64,000 nucleotides of DNA from Eledone cirrhosa (taxonomy: Eukaryota). Below the pieces are notes generated by a model, which did no database searches, was not told where the DNA came from, and saw nothing but the letters and a program-made list of their open reading frames with translations. The translations under genes and the position numbers were made by a program. Location of the stretch: contig OZ024743.1 in NCBI GenBank assembly GCA_964016885.1, forward strand, positions 209,312,001 to 209,376,000, read 5' to 3'. Shown in pieces: positions 28,441 to 44,930 of the stretch (the stretch's first letter is position 1; each line of letters starts with the position of its first letter).

Positions 28441-31400
28441 ATGAAAGCTCTTCACTCCATAAGATATACCACAGTTTACCATCCTATAGCCACAGATGAA
28501 AGCTGTTCACTCCATAAGATATACGACAGTTTACCATCCTATAGCCACAGATGAAAGCTGTTCACTCCATAAGATATACCACAGTTTACCATCCTATAGC
28601 CAGATGAAAGCTCTTCACTCCATAAGATATACCACAGTTTACCATCCTATAGCCACAGATGAAAGCTTTTCACTCCATAAGATATACCACAGTTTACCAT
28701 CCTATAGCCATGCCACGGATGAAAGCTCTTCACTCCATAAGATATACCACAGTTTACCATCCTATAGCCAAAAATGAAAGCTCTTCACTCCATAAGATAT
28801 ACCACAGTTTACCATCCGATAGCCACAGATGAAAGCTGTTCACTCCATCAGATATACCACAGTTTACCATCCTATAGCCACACATGAAAGCTCTTCACTC
28901 CATAAGATATACCACAGTTTACCATCCTATAACCACAAATGAAAGCTCTTCACTCCATAAGATATACCACAGTTTACCATCCTATAGCCAGATGAAAGCT
29001 CTTCACTCCATAAGATATACAACAGTTTACCATCCTATAGCCACGCATGAAAGCTCTTCACTCCATAAGATATACCACAGTTTACCATCCTATAGCCACA
29101 AATGAAAGCTCTTCACTGCATAAGATATACCACAGTTTACCATCCTGTAGCCACACATGAGAGCTATTCACTCCATAAGATATACCACAGTTTACCATCC
29201 TATAGCCATAAATGAAAGCTCTTCACTCCATAAGATATACCACAGTTTACCATCCTATAGCCACACATGAAAGCTATTCACTCCATAAGATATACCACAG
29301 TTTACCATCCTATAGCCACAAATGAAAGCTCTTCACTCCATAAGATATACCACAGTTTACCATCCGATAGCCACACATGAAAGCTCTTCACTCCATCAGA
29401 TATACCACAGTTTACCATCGTATAGCCACACATGAAAGCTCTTCACTCCATAAGATATACCACAGTTTACCATCCTATAGCCACAAATGAAAGCTCTTCA
29501 CTCCATAAGATATACCACAGTTTACCATCCTATAGCCAGATGAAAGCTCTTCACTCCATAAGATATACAACAGTTTACCATCCTATAGCCACACATGAAA
29601 GCTCTTCACTCCATAAGATATACCACAGTTTACCATCCTATAGCCACACATGAAAGCTCTTCACTCCATAAGATATACCACAGTTTACCATCCTATAGCC
29701 AGATGAAAGCTCTTCACTCCGTAAAATATACCACAGTTTACCATCCTATAGCCACACATGAGAGCTCTTCACTCCATAAGATATACCACAGTTTACCATC
29801 CTATAGCCACACCTGAAAGCTCTTCACTCCATAAGATATACCACAGTTTACCATCCTATAGCCACAAATGAAATCTCTTCACTCCATAAAATATACCACA
29901 GTTTACCATCCTATAGCCACACATGAGAGCTCTTCACTCCATAAGATATACCACAGTTTACCATCCTATAGCCATACATGAAAGCTCTTCACTCCATAAG
30001 ATATACAACTGTTTACCATCATATAGCCACACATGAGAGCTCTTCACTCCATAAGATATACCACAGTTTACCATACTAGAGCCACACATGAGAGCTCTTC
30101 ACTCCATAAGATATACCACTGTTTACCATCCTATGGCCACACATGAAAGCTTTTCACTCCATAAGATATACCACAGTTTACCATCTTATAGCCACACATG
30201 AAAGCTCTTCACTCCATAAGATATACCACTGTTTACCATCCTATGGCCACACATGAAAGCTCTTCACTCCATAAGATATACCACAGTTTACCATCCTATA
30301 GCCAGATGACAGCTCTTCACTCCATAAAATATACCACAGTTTACCATCCTATGGCCACAGATGAAAGCTCTTCACTCCATAAGATATACCACAGTTTACC
30401 ATCCTATAGCCAGATGAAAGCTCTTCACTCCATAAGATATACCACAGTTTACCACCCTATGGCCACAGATGAAAGCTCTTCACTCCATGAGATATACCAC
30501 AGTTTACCATCCTATAGCCACGCCACGGATGAAAGCTCTTCACTCCATAAGATATACCACAGTTTACCATCCTATAGTCACACATGAAAGCTCTTCACTC
30601 CATAAGATATAACACAGTTTACCATCCTATAGCCAGATGAAAGCACTTCACTCCATAAGATATACCACAGTTTACAATCCTATAGCCACAGATGAAAGCT
30701 CTTCACTCCATAAGATATACCACAGTTTACCATCCTATAGCCACGCCACGGATGAAAGCTCTTCACTCCATAAGATATACCACAGTTTAACATCCTATAG
30801 CCACAGATGAAAGCTGTTCACTCCATAAGATATACCACAGTTTACCATCCTATAGCCAGATGAAAGCTCTACACTCCATAAGATATACAACAGTTTACCA
30901 TCCTATAGCCACACATGAAAGCTCTTCACTCCATAAGATATACCACACTTTACCATCCTATAGCCACAAATGAAAGCTCTTCACTCCATAAGATATACCA
31001 CAATTTACTATCCTATAGCCACACATGAAAGCTATTCACTCCATAAGATATACCACAGTTTACCATCCTATAGCCACAAATGAAAGCTCTTCACTCCATA
31101 AGATATACCACAGTTTACCATCCGATAGCCACACATGAAAGCTCTTCACTCCATCAGATATACCACAGTTTACCATCCTATAGCCACACATGAAAGCTCT
31201 TCACTCCATAAGATATAACACAGCTTACCATCCTATAGCCACAAATGAAAGCCCTTCACTCCATAAGATATACCACAGTTTACCATCCTATAGCCACAGA
31301 TGAAAGCTGTTCACTCCATAAGACATACCACAGTTTACCATCCTATAGCCACACATGAAAGCTCTTCACTCCATAAGATATACCACAGATTACCATCCTA

Positions 31401-34400
31401 TAGACAAAGATGAAAGCTGTTCACTCCATAAGATATACGACAGTTTACCATCCTATAGCCACAGATGAAAGCTGTTCACTCCATAAGATATACGACAGTT
31501 TACCATCGTATAGCCAGATGAAAGCTCTTCACTCCATAAGATATACCACTGTTTACCATCCTATAGCCACAGATGAAAGCTCTTCAATCCATAAGATATA
31601 CCATAGTTTACCATCCTATAGCCAGATGAAAGCTCTTCACTCCATAAGATATACCACAGTTTACCATCCTATAGCCACAGATGAAAGCTGTTCACTCCAT
31701 AAGATATACCACAGTTTACTATCCTATAGCCACAGATGAAAGCTCTTCACTCCATAAGATATACCACAGTTTACCATCCTATAGCCACACATGAAAGCTC
31801 TTCACTCCATAAGATATACCACAGTTTACCATCGTATAGCCACACATGAAAGCTCTTCACTCCATAAGATATACCACAGTTTACCATCCTATAGCTACAG
31901 ATGAAAGCTCTTCACTCCATAAGATATACCACAGTTTACCATCATATAGCCACACATGAAAGCTCTTCACTCCATAAGATATACCACACTTTACCATCCT
32001 ATAGCCACAGATGAAAGCTCTTCACTCCATAAGATATACCACAGTTTACCATCCTATAGCCACAGATGAAAGCTGTTCACTCCATAAGATATACCACAGT
32101 TTACCATCCTATAGCCACACATGAAAGCTCTTCACTCCATAAGATATACCACAGTTTACCATCCTATAGCCAGATGAAAGCACTTCACTCCGTAAGATAT
32201 ACCACAGTTTACCATCCTATAGCCACGCATGAAAGCTCTTCACTACATAAGATATACCACGGTTTACCATCCTATAGCCACACATGAAAGCCCTTCACTC
32301 CATAAGATATACCGCAGTTTACCATCCTATAGCCACAGATGAAAGCTCTTCACTCCATAAAATATACGACAGTTTTCCATCCTATAGCCACAGATGAAAG
32401 CTCTTCACTCCATAACATATACTACAGTTTACCATCCTATAGCCACACATGAGAGCTCTTCACTCCATAAGATATACCACAGTTTACCATCCTATAGCCA
32501 CACATGAAAGCCCTTCACTCCATAAGATATCCCGCTATTTACCATCCTATAGCCACAGATGAAAGCTCTTCACTCCATAAAATATACCACAGTTTTCCAT
32601 CCTATAGCCACAGATGAAAGCTCTTCACTCCATAACATATACTACAGTTTACCATCCTATAGCCACACATGAGAGCTCTTCACTCCATAAAATATACCGC
32701 AGTTTACCATCCTATAGCCACAAATGAAAGCTCTTCACTCCATAAGATATACCACAGTTTACCATCCTATAGCCACGCATGAAAGCTCTTCACTCCATAA
32801 GATATACCACAGTTTACCATCCGATTGCCACACATGAAAGCTCTTCACTCCATCAGATATACCACAGTTTACCATCCTATAGCCACACATGAAAGCTCTT
32901 CACTCCATAAGATATACCACAGTTTACAATACTATAGCCACAAATGAAAGCTCTTCACTCCATAAGATATACCACAGTTTACCATCCTATAGCCAGATGA
33001 AAGCTCTTCACTCCATAAGATATAACACAGTTTACCATCCTATAGCCACGCATGAAAGCCCTTCACTCCATAAGATATACCACAGTTTACCATCCTATAG
33101 CCACGCATGAAAGCACTTCACTCCATAAGATATACCGCAGTTTACCATCCTATAGCCACAGATGAAAGCTCTTCACTCCATAAAATATACCACAGTTTTC
33201 CATCCTATAGCCACAAATGAAAGCTCTTCACTCCATGAGATATACCACAGTTTACCATCCTATAGCCACACATGAAAGCTCTTCACTCCATAAGATATAC
33301 CACAGTTTACCATCCTATAGCCACGCCACGGATGAAAGCTCTTCACTCCATAAGATATACCACAGTTTACCATCCTATAGTCACACATGAAAGCTCTTCA
33401 CTCCATAAGATATACCACAGTTTACTATCCTATAGCCACAGATGAAAGCTCTTCACTCCATAAGATATACCACAGTTTACCATCCTATAGCCACACATGA
33501 AAGCTCTTCACTCCATAAGATATACCACAGTTTACCATCGTATAGCCACACATGAAAGCTCTTCACTCCATAAGATATACCACAGTTTACCATCCTATAG
33601 CTACAGATGAAAGCTCTTCACTCCATAAGATATACCACAGTTTACCATCATATAGCCACACATGAAAGCTCTTCACTCCATAAGATATACCACACTTTAC
33701 CATCCTATAGCCACAGATGAAAGCTCTTCACTCCATAAGATATACCACAGTTTACCATCCTATAGCCACAGATGAAAGCTGTTCACTCCATAAGATATAC
33801 CACAGTTTACCATCCTATAGCCACACATGAAAGCTCTTCACTCCATAAGATATACCACAGTTTACCATCCTATAGCCACAGATGAAAGCTGTTCACTCCA
33901 TAAGATATACGACAGTTTACCATCCTATAGCCACAGATGAAAGCTGTTCACTCCATAAGATATACCACAGTTTACCATCCTATAGCCAGATGAAAGCTCT
34001 TCACTCCATAAGATATACCACAGTTTACCATCCTATAGCCACAGATGAAAGCTTTTCACTCCATAAGATATACCACAGTTTACCATCCTATAGCCATGCC
34101 ACGGATGAAAGCTCTTCACTCCATAAGATATACCACAGTTTACCATCCTATAGCCAAAAATGAAAGCTCTTCACTCCATAAGATATACCACAGTTTACCA
34201 TCCGATAGCCACAGATGAAAGCTGTTCACTCCATCAGATATACCACAGTTTACCATCCTATAGCCACACATGAAAGCTCTTCACTCCATAAGATATACCA
34301 CAGTTTACCATCCTATAACCACAAATGAAAGCTCTTCACTCCATAAGATATACCACAGTTTACCATCCTATAGCCAGATGAAAGCTCTTCACTCCATAAG

Positions 34401-35035
34401 ATATACAACAGTTTACCATCCTATAGCCACGCATGAAAGCTCTTCACTCCATAAGATATACCACAGTTTACCATCCTATAGCCACAAATGAAAGCTCTTC
34501 ACTGCATAAGATATACCACAGTTTACCATCCTGTAGCCACACATGAGAGCTATTCACTCCATAAGATATACCACAGTTTACCATCCTATAGCCATAAATG
34601 AAAGCTCTTCACTCCATAAGATATACCACAGTTTACCATCCTATAGCCACACATGAAAGCTATTCACTCCATAAGATATACCACAGTTTACCATCCTATA
34701 GCCACAAATGAAAGCTCTTCACTCCATAAGATATACCACAGTTTACCATCCGATAGCCACACATGAAAGCTCTTCACTCCATCAGATATACCACAGTTTA
34801 CCATCGTATAGCCACACATGAAAGCTCTTCACTCCATAAGATATACCACAGTTTACCATCCTATAGCCACAAATGAAAGCTCTTCACTCCATAAGATATA
34901 CCACAGTTTACCATCCTATAGCCAGATGAAAGCTCTTCACTCCATAAGATATACAACAGTTTACCATCCTATAGCCACACATGAAAGCTCTTCACTCCAT
35001 AAGATATACCACAGTTTACCATCCTATAGCCACAA
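26788..35035 (+). repeat. ~2.86-kb block duplicated at offset 5386 (26788-29649 and 32174-35035)
   Basis: ORF starts 27503>32889, 28496>33882, 28884>34270, 29432>34818. Shared rare GCCATGCCACGG at 28711 and 34097, plus GCCAAAAATG. Confidence 0.9.
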
Positions 35036-38000
35036 ATGAAAGCTCTTCACTCCATAAGATATACCACAGTTTACCATCCTATAGCCACACATGAAAGCTA
35101 TTCACTCCATGAGATATACCACAGTTTACCATCCTATAGCCATAAATGAAAGCTCTTCACTCCATAAGAAATACCACAGTTTACCATCCGATAGCCACAC
35201 ATGAAAGCTCTTCACTCCATCAGATATAACACAGTTTACTATCATATAGCCACACATGAAAGCTCTTCACTCCATAAGAAATACCACAGATTACCATCCT
35301 ATAGCCACAAATGAAAGCTCTTCACTCCATAAGATATACCACAGTTTACCATCCTATAGCCAGATGAAAGCTCTTCACTCCATAAGATATACCACAGTTT
35401 ACCATCCTATAGCCACGCATGAAAGCTCTTCAATCCATAAGATATACCATAGTTTACCATCCTATAGCCAGATGAAAGCTCTTCACTCCATAAGATATAC
35501 CACAGTTTACCATCCTATAGCCACAGATGAAAGCTGTTCACTCCATAAGATATACCACAGTTTACCATCCTATAGCCACGCCACGGATAAAAGCTCTTCA
35601 CTCCATAAGATATACCACAGTTTACCATCCGATAGCCACACATGAAAGCTCTTCACTCCATCAGATATACCACAGTTTACCATCCTATAGCCACACATGA
35701 AAGCTCTTCACTCCATAAGATATACCACAGTTTACCATCCTATAGCCACAAATGAAAGCTCTTCACTCCATAAGATATACCACAGTTTACCATCCTATAG
35801 CCAGATGAAAGCTCTTCACTCCATAAGATATACCACAGTTTACCATCCTATAGCCACGCATGAAAGCTCTTCACTCCATAAGATATACCACAGTTTACCA
35901 TCCTATAGCCAGATGAAAGCTCTTCACTCCATAAGATATACCACAGTTTACCATCCTATAGCCACAGATGAAAGCTCTTCACTCCATAAGATATACCACA
36001 CTTTACCATCCTATAGCCACAGATGAAAGCTCTTCACTCCATAAGATATACCACAGTTTACCATCCTATAGCCACAGATGAAAGCTGTTCACTCCATCAG
36101 ATATACCACAGTTTACCATCCTATAGCCACACATGAAAGCTCTTCACTCCATAAGATATACCACAGTTTACCATCCTATAGCCACAGATGAAAGCTGTTC
36201 ACTCCATAAGATATACGACAGTTTACCATCCTATAGCCACAGATGAAAGCTGTTCACTCCATAACATATACCACAGTTTACCATCCTATAGCCAGATGAA
36301 AGCTCTTCACTCCATAAGATATACCACAGTTTACCATCCTATAGCCACAGATGAAAGCAGTTCACTCCATAAGATATACCACAGTTTACCATCCTATAGC
36401 CAGATGAAAGCTCTTCACTCCATAAGATATACAACAGTTTACCATCCTATAGCCACGCCACGGATGAAAGCTCTTCAATCCATAAGACATACCACAGTTT
36501 ACCATCCTATAGCCACAGATGAAAGCTGTTCACTCCATAAGATATACCACAGTTTACCATCCTATAGCCAGATGAAAGCTCTTCACTCCATAAGATATAC
36601 AACAGTTTACCATCCTATAGCCACGCCACGGATGAAAGCTCTTCACTCCATAAGATATACCACAGTTTACCATCCTATAGCCACAAATGAAAGCTCTTCA
36701 CTCCATAAGATATACCACAGTTTACCATCCTATAGCCACACATGAAAGCTATTCACTCCATAAGATATACCACATTTTACCATCCTATAGCCACAAATGA
36801 AAGCTCTTCACTCCATAAGATATACCACAGTTTACCATCCGATAGCCACACATGAAAGCTCTTCACTCCATCAGATATACCACAGTTTACCATCCTATAG
36901 CCACACATGAAAGCTCTTCACTCCATAAGATATACCACAGTTTACCATCCTATAGCCACAAATGAAAGCTCTTCACTCCATAAGATATACCACAGTTTAC
37001 CATCCTATAGCCAGATGAAAGCTCTTCACTCCATAAGATATACAACAGTTTACCATCCTATAGCCACGCATGAAAGCTCTTCACTCCATAAGATATACCA
37101 CAGTTTACCATCCTATAGCCACAAATGAAAGCTCTTCACTCCATAAGATATACCACAGTTTACCATCCTATAGCCACACATGAAAGCTATTCACTCCATA
37201 AGATATACCACAGTTTACCATCCTATAGCCACAAATGAAAGCTCTTCACTCCATAAGATATACCACAGTTTACCATCCTATAGCCACACATGAAAGCTAT
37301 TCACTCCATAAGATATACCACAATTTACCATCCTATAGCCACAAATGAAAGCTCTTCACTCCATAAGATATACCACAGTTTACCATCCGATAGCCACACA
37401 TGAAAGCTCTTCACTCCATCAGATATAGCACAGTTTACCATCCTATAGCCACAAATGAAAGCTCTTCACTCCATAAGATATACCACAGTTTACCATCCTA
37501 TAGCCAGATGAAAGCTCTTCACTCCATAAGATATATAACAGCTTACCATCCTATAGCCACGCATGAAAGCTCTTCACTCCATAAGATATACCACAGTTTA
37601 CCATCCTATAGACACAAATGAAAGCTCTTCACTCCATAAGATATACCACAGTTTACCATCCTTTAGCCACACATGAGAGCTATTCACTCCATAAGATATA
37701 CCACAGTTTACCATCCTATAGCCACAAATGAAAGCTCTTCACTCCATAAGATATACCACAGTTTACCATCCTATAGCCACACATGAAAGCTATTCACTCC
37801 ATAAGATATACCACAGTTTACCATCCTATAGCCACAAATGAAAGCTCTTCACTCCATAAGATATACCACAGTTTACCATCCGATAGCCACACATGAAAGC
37901 TCTTCACTCCATCAGATATACCACAGTTTAACATCCTATAGCCACACAGGAAAGCTCTTCACTCCATAAGATATACCACAGTTTACCATCCTATAGCCAC

Positions 38001-41000
38001 AAATGAAAGCTCTTCACTCCATAAGATATACCACGGTTTACCATCCTATAGCCAGATGAAAGCTCTTCACTCCATAAGATATACAACAGTTTACCATCCT
38101 ATAGCCACACATGAAAGCTCTTCACTCCATAAGATATACCACAGTTTACATTCCTATAGCCACAAATGAAAGCTCTTCACTCCATAAGATATACCACAGT
38201 TTACCATCCTATAGCCACACATGAAAGCTATTCACTCCATAAGATATACCACAGTTTACCATCCTATAGCCACAAATGAAAGCTCTTCACTCCATAAGAA
38301 ATACCACAGTTTACCATCCGATAGCCACACATGAAAGCTCTTCACTCCATCAGGTATACCACAGTTTACCATCCTATAGCCACACATGAAAGCTCTTCAC
38401 TCCATAAGATATACCACAGTTTACCATCCTATAGCCACAAATGAAAGCTCTTCACTCCATTATATATACCACAGTTTACCATCCTATAGCCAGATGAAAG
38501 CTCTTCACTCCATAAGATATACCACAGTTTACCAGCCTATAGCCACGCATGAAAGCTCTTCAATCCATAAGATATACCACAGTTTACCATCCTATAGCCA
38601 GATGAAATCTCTTAACTCCATAAGATATACCACAGTTTACCATCCTATAGCCACAGATGAAAGCTGTTCACTCCATAAGATATACCACAGTTTACCATCC
38701 TATAGCCACGCCACGGATGAAAGCTCTTCACTCCATAAGATATACCACAGTTTACCATCCTATAGCCACACATGAAAGCTCTTCACTCCATAAGATATAC
38801 CACAGTTTACCATCCTATAGCCACAAATGAAAGCTCTTCACTCCATAAGATATACCACAGTTTACCATCCTATAGCCAGATGAAAGCTCTTCACTCCATA
38901 AGATATACCACAGTTTACCATCCTGTAGCCACGCCACGGATGAAAGCTCTTCACTCCATAAGATATACCACAGTTTACCATCCTATAGCCAGATGAAAGC
39001 TCTTCACTCCATAAGATATACCACAGTTTACCATACTATAGCCACAGATGAATGCTCTTCACTCCATAAGATATACCACAGTTTACCATCCTATAGCCAG
39101 ATGAAAGCTCTTCACTCCATAAGATATACAACAGTTTACCATCCTATAGCCAGATGAAAGCTCTTCACTCCATAAGATATACCACAGTTTACCATCCTAT
39201 AGCCACGCCACGGATGAAAGCTCTTCACTCCATAAGATATACCACAGTTTACCATCCTATAGCCACACATGAAAGCTCTTCACTCCATAAGATATACCAC
39301 AGTTTACCATCCTATAGCCACAAATGAAAGCTCTTCACTCCATAAGATATACCAGAGTTTACCATCCTATAGCCACACATGAAAGCTATTCACTCCATAA
39401 GATATACCACATTTTACCATCCTATAGCCACAAATGAAAGCTCTTCACTCCATAAGATATACCACAGTTTACCATCCTATAGCCACACATGAAGCTCTTC
39501 ACTCCATCAGATATACCACAGTTTACCATCCTATAGCCACACATGAAGCTCTTCACTCCATAAGATATACCACAGTTTACCATCCTATAGCCACACATGA
39601 AAGCTCTTCACTCCATCAGATATACCACAGTTTACCATCCTATAGCCACACATGAAGCTCTTCACTCCATAAGATATACCACAGTTTACCATCCTATAGC
39701 CACAAATGAAAGCTCTTCACTCCATAAGCTATACCACAGTTTACCATCCTATAGCCAGATGAAAGCTCTTCACTCCATAAGATATACAACAGTTTACCAT
39801 CCTATAGCCACGCATGAAAGCTCTTCACTCCATAAGATATACCACAGTTTACCATCCTATAGCCACAAATGAAAGCTCTTCACTCCATAAGATATACCAC
39901 AGTTTACCATCCTATAGCCACAAATGAAAGCTCTTCACTCCATAAGATATACCACAGTTTACCATCCTATAGCCAGATGAAAGCTCTTAACTCCAAAAGA
40001 TATACCACAGTTTACCATCCTATAGCCACAGATGAAAGCTCTTCACTCCATAAGATATACCACAGTTTACCATCCGATAGCCACACATGAAAGCTCTTCA
40101 CTCCATCAGATATACCACAGTTTAACATCCTATAGCCACACATGAATGCTCTTCACTCCATAAGATATACCACAGTTTACCATCCTATAGCCACAAATGA
40201 AAGCTCTTCACTCCATAAGATATACCACGGTTTACCATCCTATAGCCAGATGAAAGCTCTTCACTCCATAAGATATACAACAGTTTACCATCCTATAGCC
40301 ACACATGAAAGCTCTTCACTCCATAAGATATACCACAGTTTACATTCCTATAGCCACAAATGAAAGCTCTTCACTCCATAAGATATACCACAGTTTACCA
40401 TCCTATTGCCACACATGAAAGCTATTCACTCCATAAGATATACCACAGTTTACCATCCTATAGCCACAAATGAAAGCTCTTCACTCCATAAGAAATACCA
40501 CAGTTTACCATCCGATAGCCACACATGAAAGCTCTTCACTCCATCAGGTATACCACAGTTTACCATCCTATAGCCACACATGAAAGCTCTTCACTCCATA
40601 AGATATACCACAGTTTACCATCCTATAGCCACAAATGAAAGCTCTTCACTCCATAATATATACCACAGTTTACCATCCTATAGCCAGATGAAAGCTCTTC
40701 ACTCCATAAGATATACCACAGTTTACCAGCCTATAGCCACGCATGAAAGCTCTTCAATCCATAAGATATACCACAGTTTACCATCCTATAGCCAGATGAA
40801 ATCTCTTAACTCCATAAGATATACCACAGTTTACCATCCTATAGCCACAGATGAAAGCTGTTCACTCCATAAGATATACCACAGTTTACCATCCTATAGC
40901 CACGCCACGGATGAAAGGTCTTCACTCCATAAGATATACCACAGTTTACCATCCGATAGCCACACATGAAAGCTCTTCACTCCATCAGATATACCACAGT

Positions 41001-42217
41001 TTACCATCCTATAGCCACACATGAAAGCTCTTCACTCCATAAGATATACCACAGTTTACCATCCTATAGCCAGATGAAAGCTCTTCACTCCATAAGATAT
41101 ACCACAGTTTACCATCCTATAGCCAAGCATGAAAGCTCTTCACTCCATAAGATATACCACAGTTTACCATCCTATAGCCAGATGAAAGCTCTTCACTCCA
41201 TAAGATATACCACAGTTTACCATCCTATAGCCACAGATGAATGCTCTTCACTCCATAAGATATACCACAGTTTACCATCCTATAGCCAGATGAAAGCTCT
41301 TCACTCCATAAGATATACAACAGTTTACCATCCTATAGCCACACATGAAAGCTCTTCACTCCATAAGATATACCACAGTTTACCATCCTATAGCCACAAA
41401 TGAAAGCTCTTCACTCCATAAGATATACCAGAGTTTACCATCCTATAGCCACACATGAAAGCTATTCACTCCATAAGATATACCACATTTTACCATCCTA
41501 TAGCCACAAATGAAAGCTCTTCACTCCATAAGATATACCACAGTTTACCATCCGATAGCCACACATGAAAGCTCTTCACTCCATCAGATATACCACAGTT
41601 TACCATCCTATAGCCACACATGAAGCTCTTCACTCCATAAGATATACCACAGTTTACCATCCTATAGCCACAAATGAAAGCTCTTCACTCCATAAGATAT
41701 ACCACAGTTTACCATCCTATAGCCAGATGAAAGCTCTTCACTCCATAAGATATACAACAGTTTACCATCCTATAGCCATGCATGAAAGCTCTTCACTCCA
41801 TAAGATATACCACAGTTTACCATCCTATAGCCACAAATGAAAGCTCTTCACTCCATAAGATATACCACAGTTTACCATCCTATAGCCACAAATGAAAGCT
41901 CTTCACTCCATAAGATATACCACAGTTTACCATCCTATAGCCAGATGAAAGCTCTTCACTCCATAAGATATACCACAGTTTACCATCCTATAGCCACGCA
42001 TGAAAGCTCTTCACTCCATAAGATATACCACAGTTTACCATCCTATAGCCAGATGAAAGCTCTTCACTCCATAAGATATACCACAGTTTACCATCCTATA
42101 GCCACAGATGAAAGCTCTTCACTCCATAAGATATATCACACTTTACCATCCTATAGCCACAGATGAAAGCTCTTCACTCCATAAGATATACCACAGTTTA
42201 CCATCCTATAGCCACAG

Positions 42218-44930
42218 ATGAAAGCTGTTCACTCCATAAGATATACCACAGTTTACCATCCTATAGCCACACATGAAAGCTCTTCACTCCATAAGATATA
42301 CCACAGTTTACCATCCTATAGCCACAGATGAAAGCTGTTCACTCCATAAGATATACGACAGTTTACCATCCTATAGCCACACATGAGAGCTCTTCACTCC
42401 ATAAGATATACCACAGTTTACCATCCTATAGCCACACATGAAAGCCCTTCACTCCATAAGATATACCGCTGTTTACCATCCTATAGCCACAGATGAAAGC
42501 TCTTCACTCCATAAAATATACCACAGTTTTCCATCCTATAGCCACAGATGAAAGCTCTTCACTCCATAACATATACTACAGTTTACCATCCTATAGCCAC
42601 ACATGAGAGCTCTTCACTCCATAAAATATACCGCAGTTTACCATCCTATAGCCACAAATGAAAGCTCTTCACTCCATAAGATATACCACAGTTTACCATC
42701 CGATAGCCACACATGAAAGCTCTTCACTCCATCAGATATACCACAGTTTAACATCCTATAGCCACACATGAAAGCTCTTCACTCCATAAGATATACCACA
42801 GTTTACCATCCTATAGCCACAAATGAAAGCTCTTCACTCCATAAGATATACCACGGTTTACCATCCTATAGCCAGATGAAAGCTCTTCACTCCATAAGAT
42901 ATACAACAGTTTACCATCCTATAGCCACACATGAAAGCTCTTCACTCCATAAGATATACCACAGTTTACATTCCTATAGCCACAAATGAAAGCTCTTCAC
43001 TCCATAAGATATACCACAGTTTACCATCCTATAGCCACACATGAAAGCTATTCACTCCATAAGATATACCACAGTTTACCATCCTATAGCCACAAATGAA
43101 AGCTCTTCACTCCATAAGAAATACCACAGTTTACCATCCGATAGCCACACATGAAAGCTCTTCACTCCATCAGGTATACCACAGTTTACCATCCTATAGC
43201 CACACATGAAAGCTCTTCACTCCATAAGATATACCACAGTTTACCATCCTATAGCCACAAATGAAAGCTCTTCACTCCATAATATATACCACAGTTTACC
43301 ATCCTATAGCCAGATGAAAGCTCTTCACTCCATAAGATGTACCACAGTTTACCAGCCTATAGCCACGCATGAAAGCTCTTCAATCCATAAGATATACCAC
43401 AGTTTACCATCCTATAGCCAGATGAAATCTCTTAACTCCATAAGATATACCACAGTTTACCATCCTATAGCCACAGATGAAAGCTGTTCACTCCATAAGA
43501 TATACCACAGTTTACCATCCTATAGCCACGCCACGGATGAAAGCTCTTCACTCCATAAGATATACCACAGTTTACCATCCTATAGCCACAGATGAAAGCT
43601 GTTCACTCCATAAGATATACCACAGTTTACCATCCTATAGCCACACATGAAAGCTCTTCACTCCATAAGATATACCACAGTTTACCATCCTATAGCCACA
43701 GATGAAAGCTGTTCACTCCATAAGATATACGACAGTTTACCATCCTATAGCCACACATGAGAGCTCTTCACTCCATAAGATATACCACAGTTTACCATCC
43801 TATAGCCACACATGAAAGCCCTTCACTCCATAAGATAATCCGCTGTTTACCATCCTATAGCCACAGATGAAAGCTCTTCACTCCATAAAATATACCACAG
43901 TTTTCCATCCTATAGCCACAGATGAAAGCTCTTCACTCCATAACATATACTACAGTTTACCATCCTATAGCCACACATGAGAGCTCTTCACTCCATAAAA
44001 TATACCGCAGTTTACCATCCTATAGCCACAAATGAAAGCTCTTCACTCCATAAGATATACCACAGTTTACCATCCGATAGCCACACATGAAAGCTCTTCA
44101 CTCCATCAGATATACCACAGTTTAACATCCTATAGCCACACATGAAAGCTCTTCACTCCATAAGATATACCACAGTTTACCATCCTATAGCCACAAATGA
44201 AAGCTCTTCACTCCATAAGATATACCACGGTTTACCATCCTATAGCCAGATGAAAGCTCTTCACTCCATAAGATATACAACAGTTTACCATCCTATAGCC
44301 ACACATGAAAGCTCTTCACTCCATAAGATATACCACAATTTACATTCCTATAGCCACAAATGAAAGCTCTTCACTCCATAAGATATACCACAGTTTACCA
44401 TCCTATAGCCACACATGAAAGCTATTCACTCCATAAGATATACCACAGTTTACCATCCTATAGCCACAAATGAAAGCTCTTCACTCCATAAGAAATACCA
44501 CAGTTTACCATCCGATAGCCACACATGAAAGCTCTTCACTCCATCAGGTATACCACAGTTTACCATCCTATAGCCACACATGAAAGCTCTTCACTCCATA
44601 AGATATACCACAGTTTACCATCCTATAGCCACAAATGAAAGCTCTTCACTCCATAATATATACCACAGTTTACCATCCTATAGCCAGATGAAAGCTCTTC
44701 ACTCCATAAGATATACCACAGTTTACCAGCCTATAGCCACGCATGAAAGCTCTTCAATCCATAAGATATACCACAGTTTACCATCCTATAGCCAGATGAA
44801 ATCTGTTAACTCCATAAGATATACCACAGTTTACCATCCTATAGCCACAGATGAAAGCTGTTCACTCCATAAGATATACCACAGTTTACCATCCTATAGC
44901 CACGCCACGGATGAAAGCTCTTCACTCCAT
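42218..44930 (+). repeat. 1374-bp tandem duplication
   Basis: 42218>43592, 42768>44142, 43206>44580. Shared AAAGCCC..CCGCTG, TTTTCC, CATAACAT and CATCAGGT variants. Confidence 0.87.
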
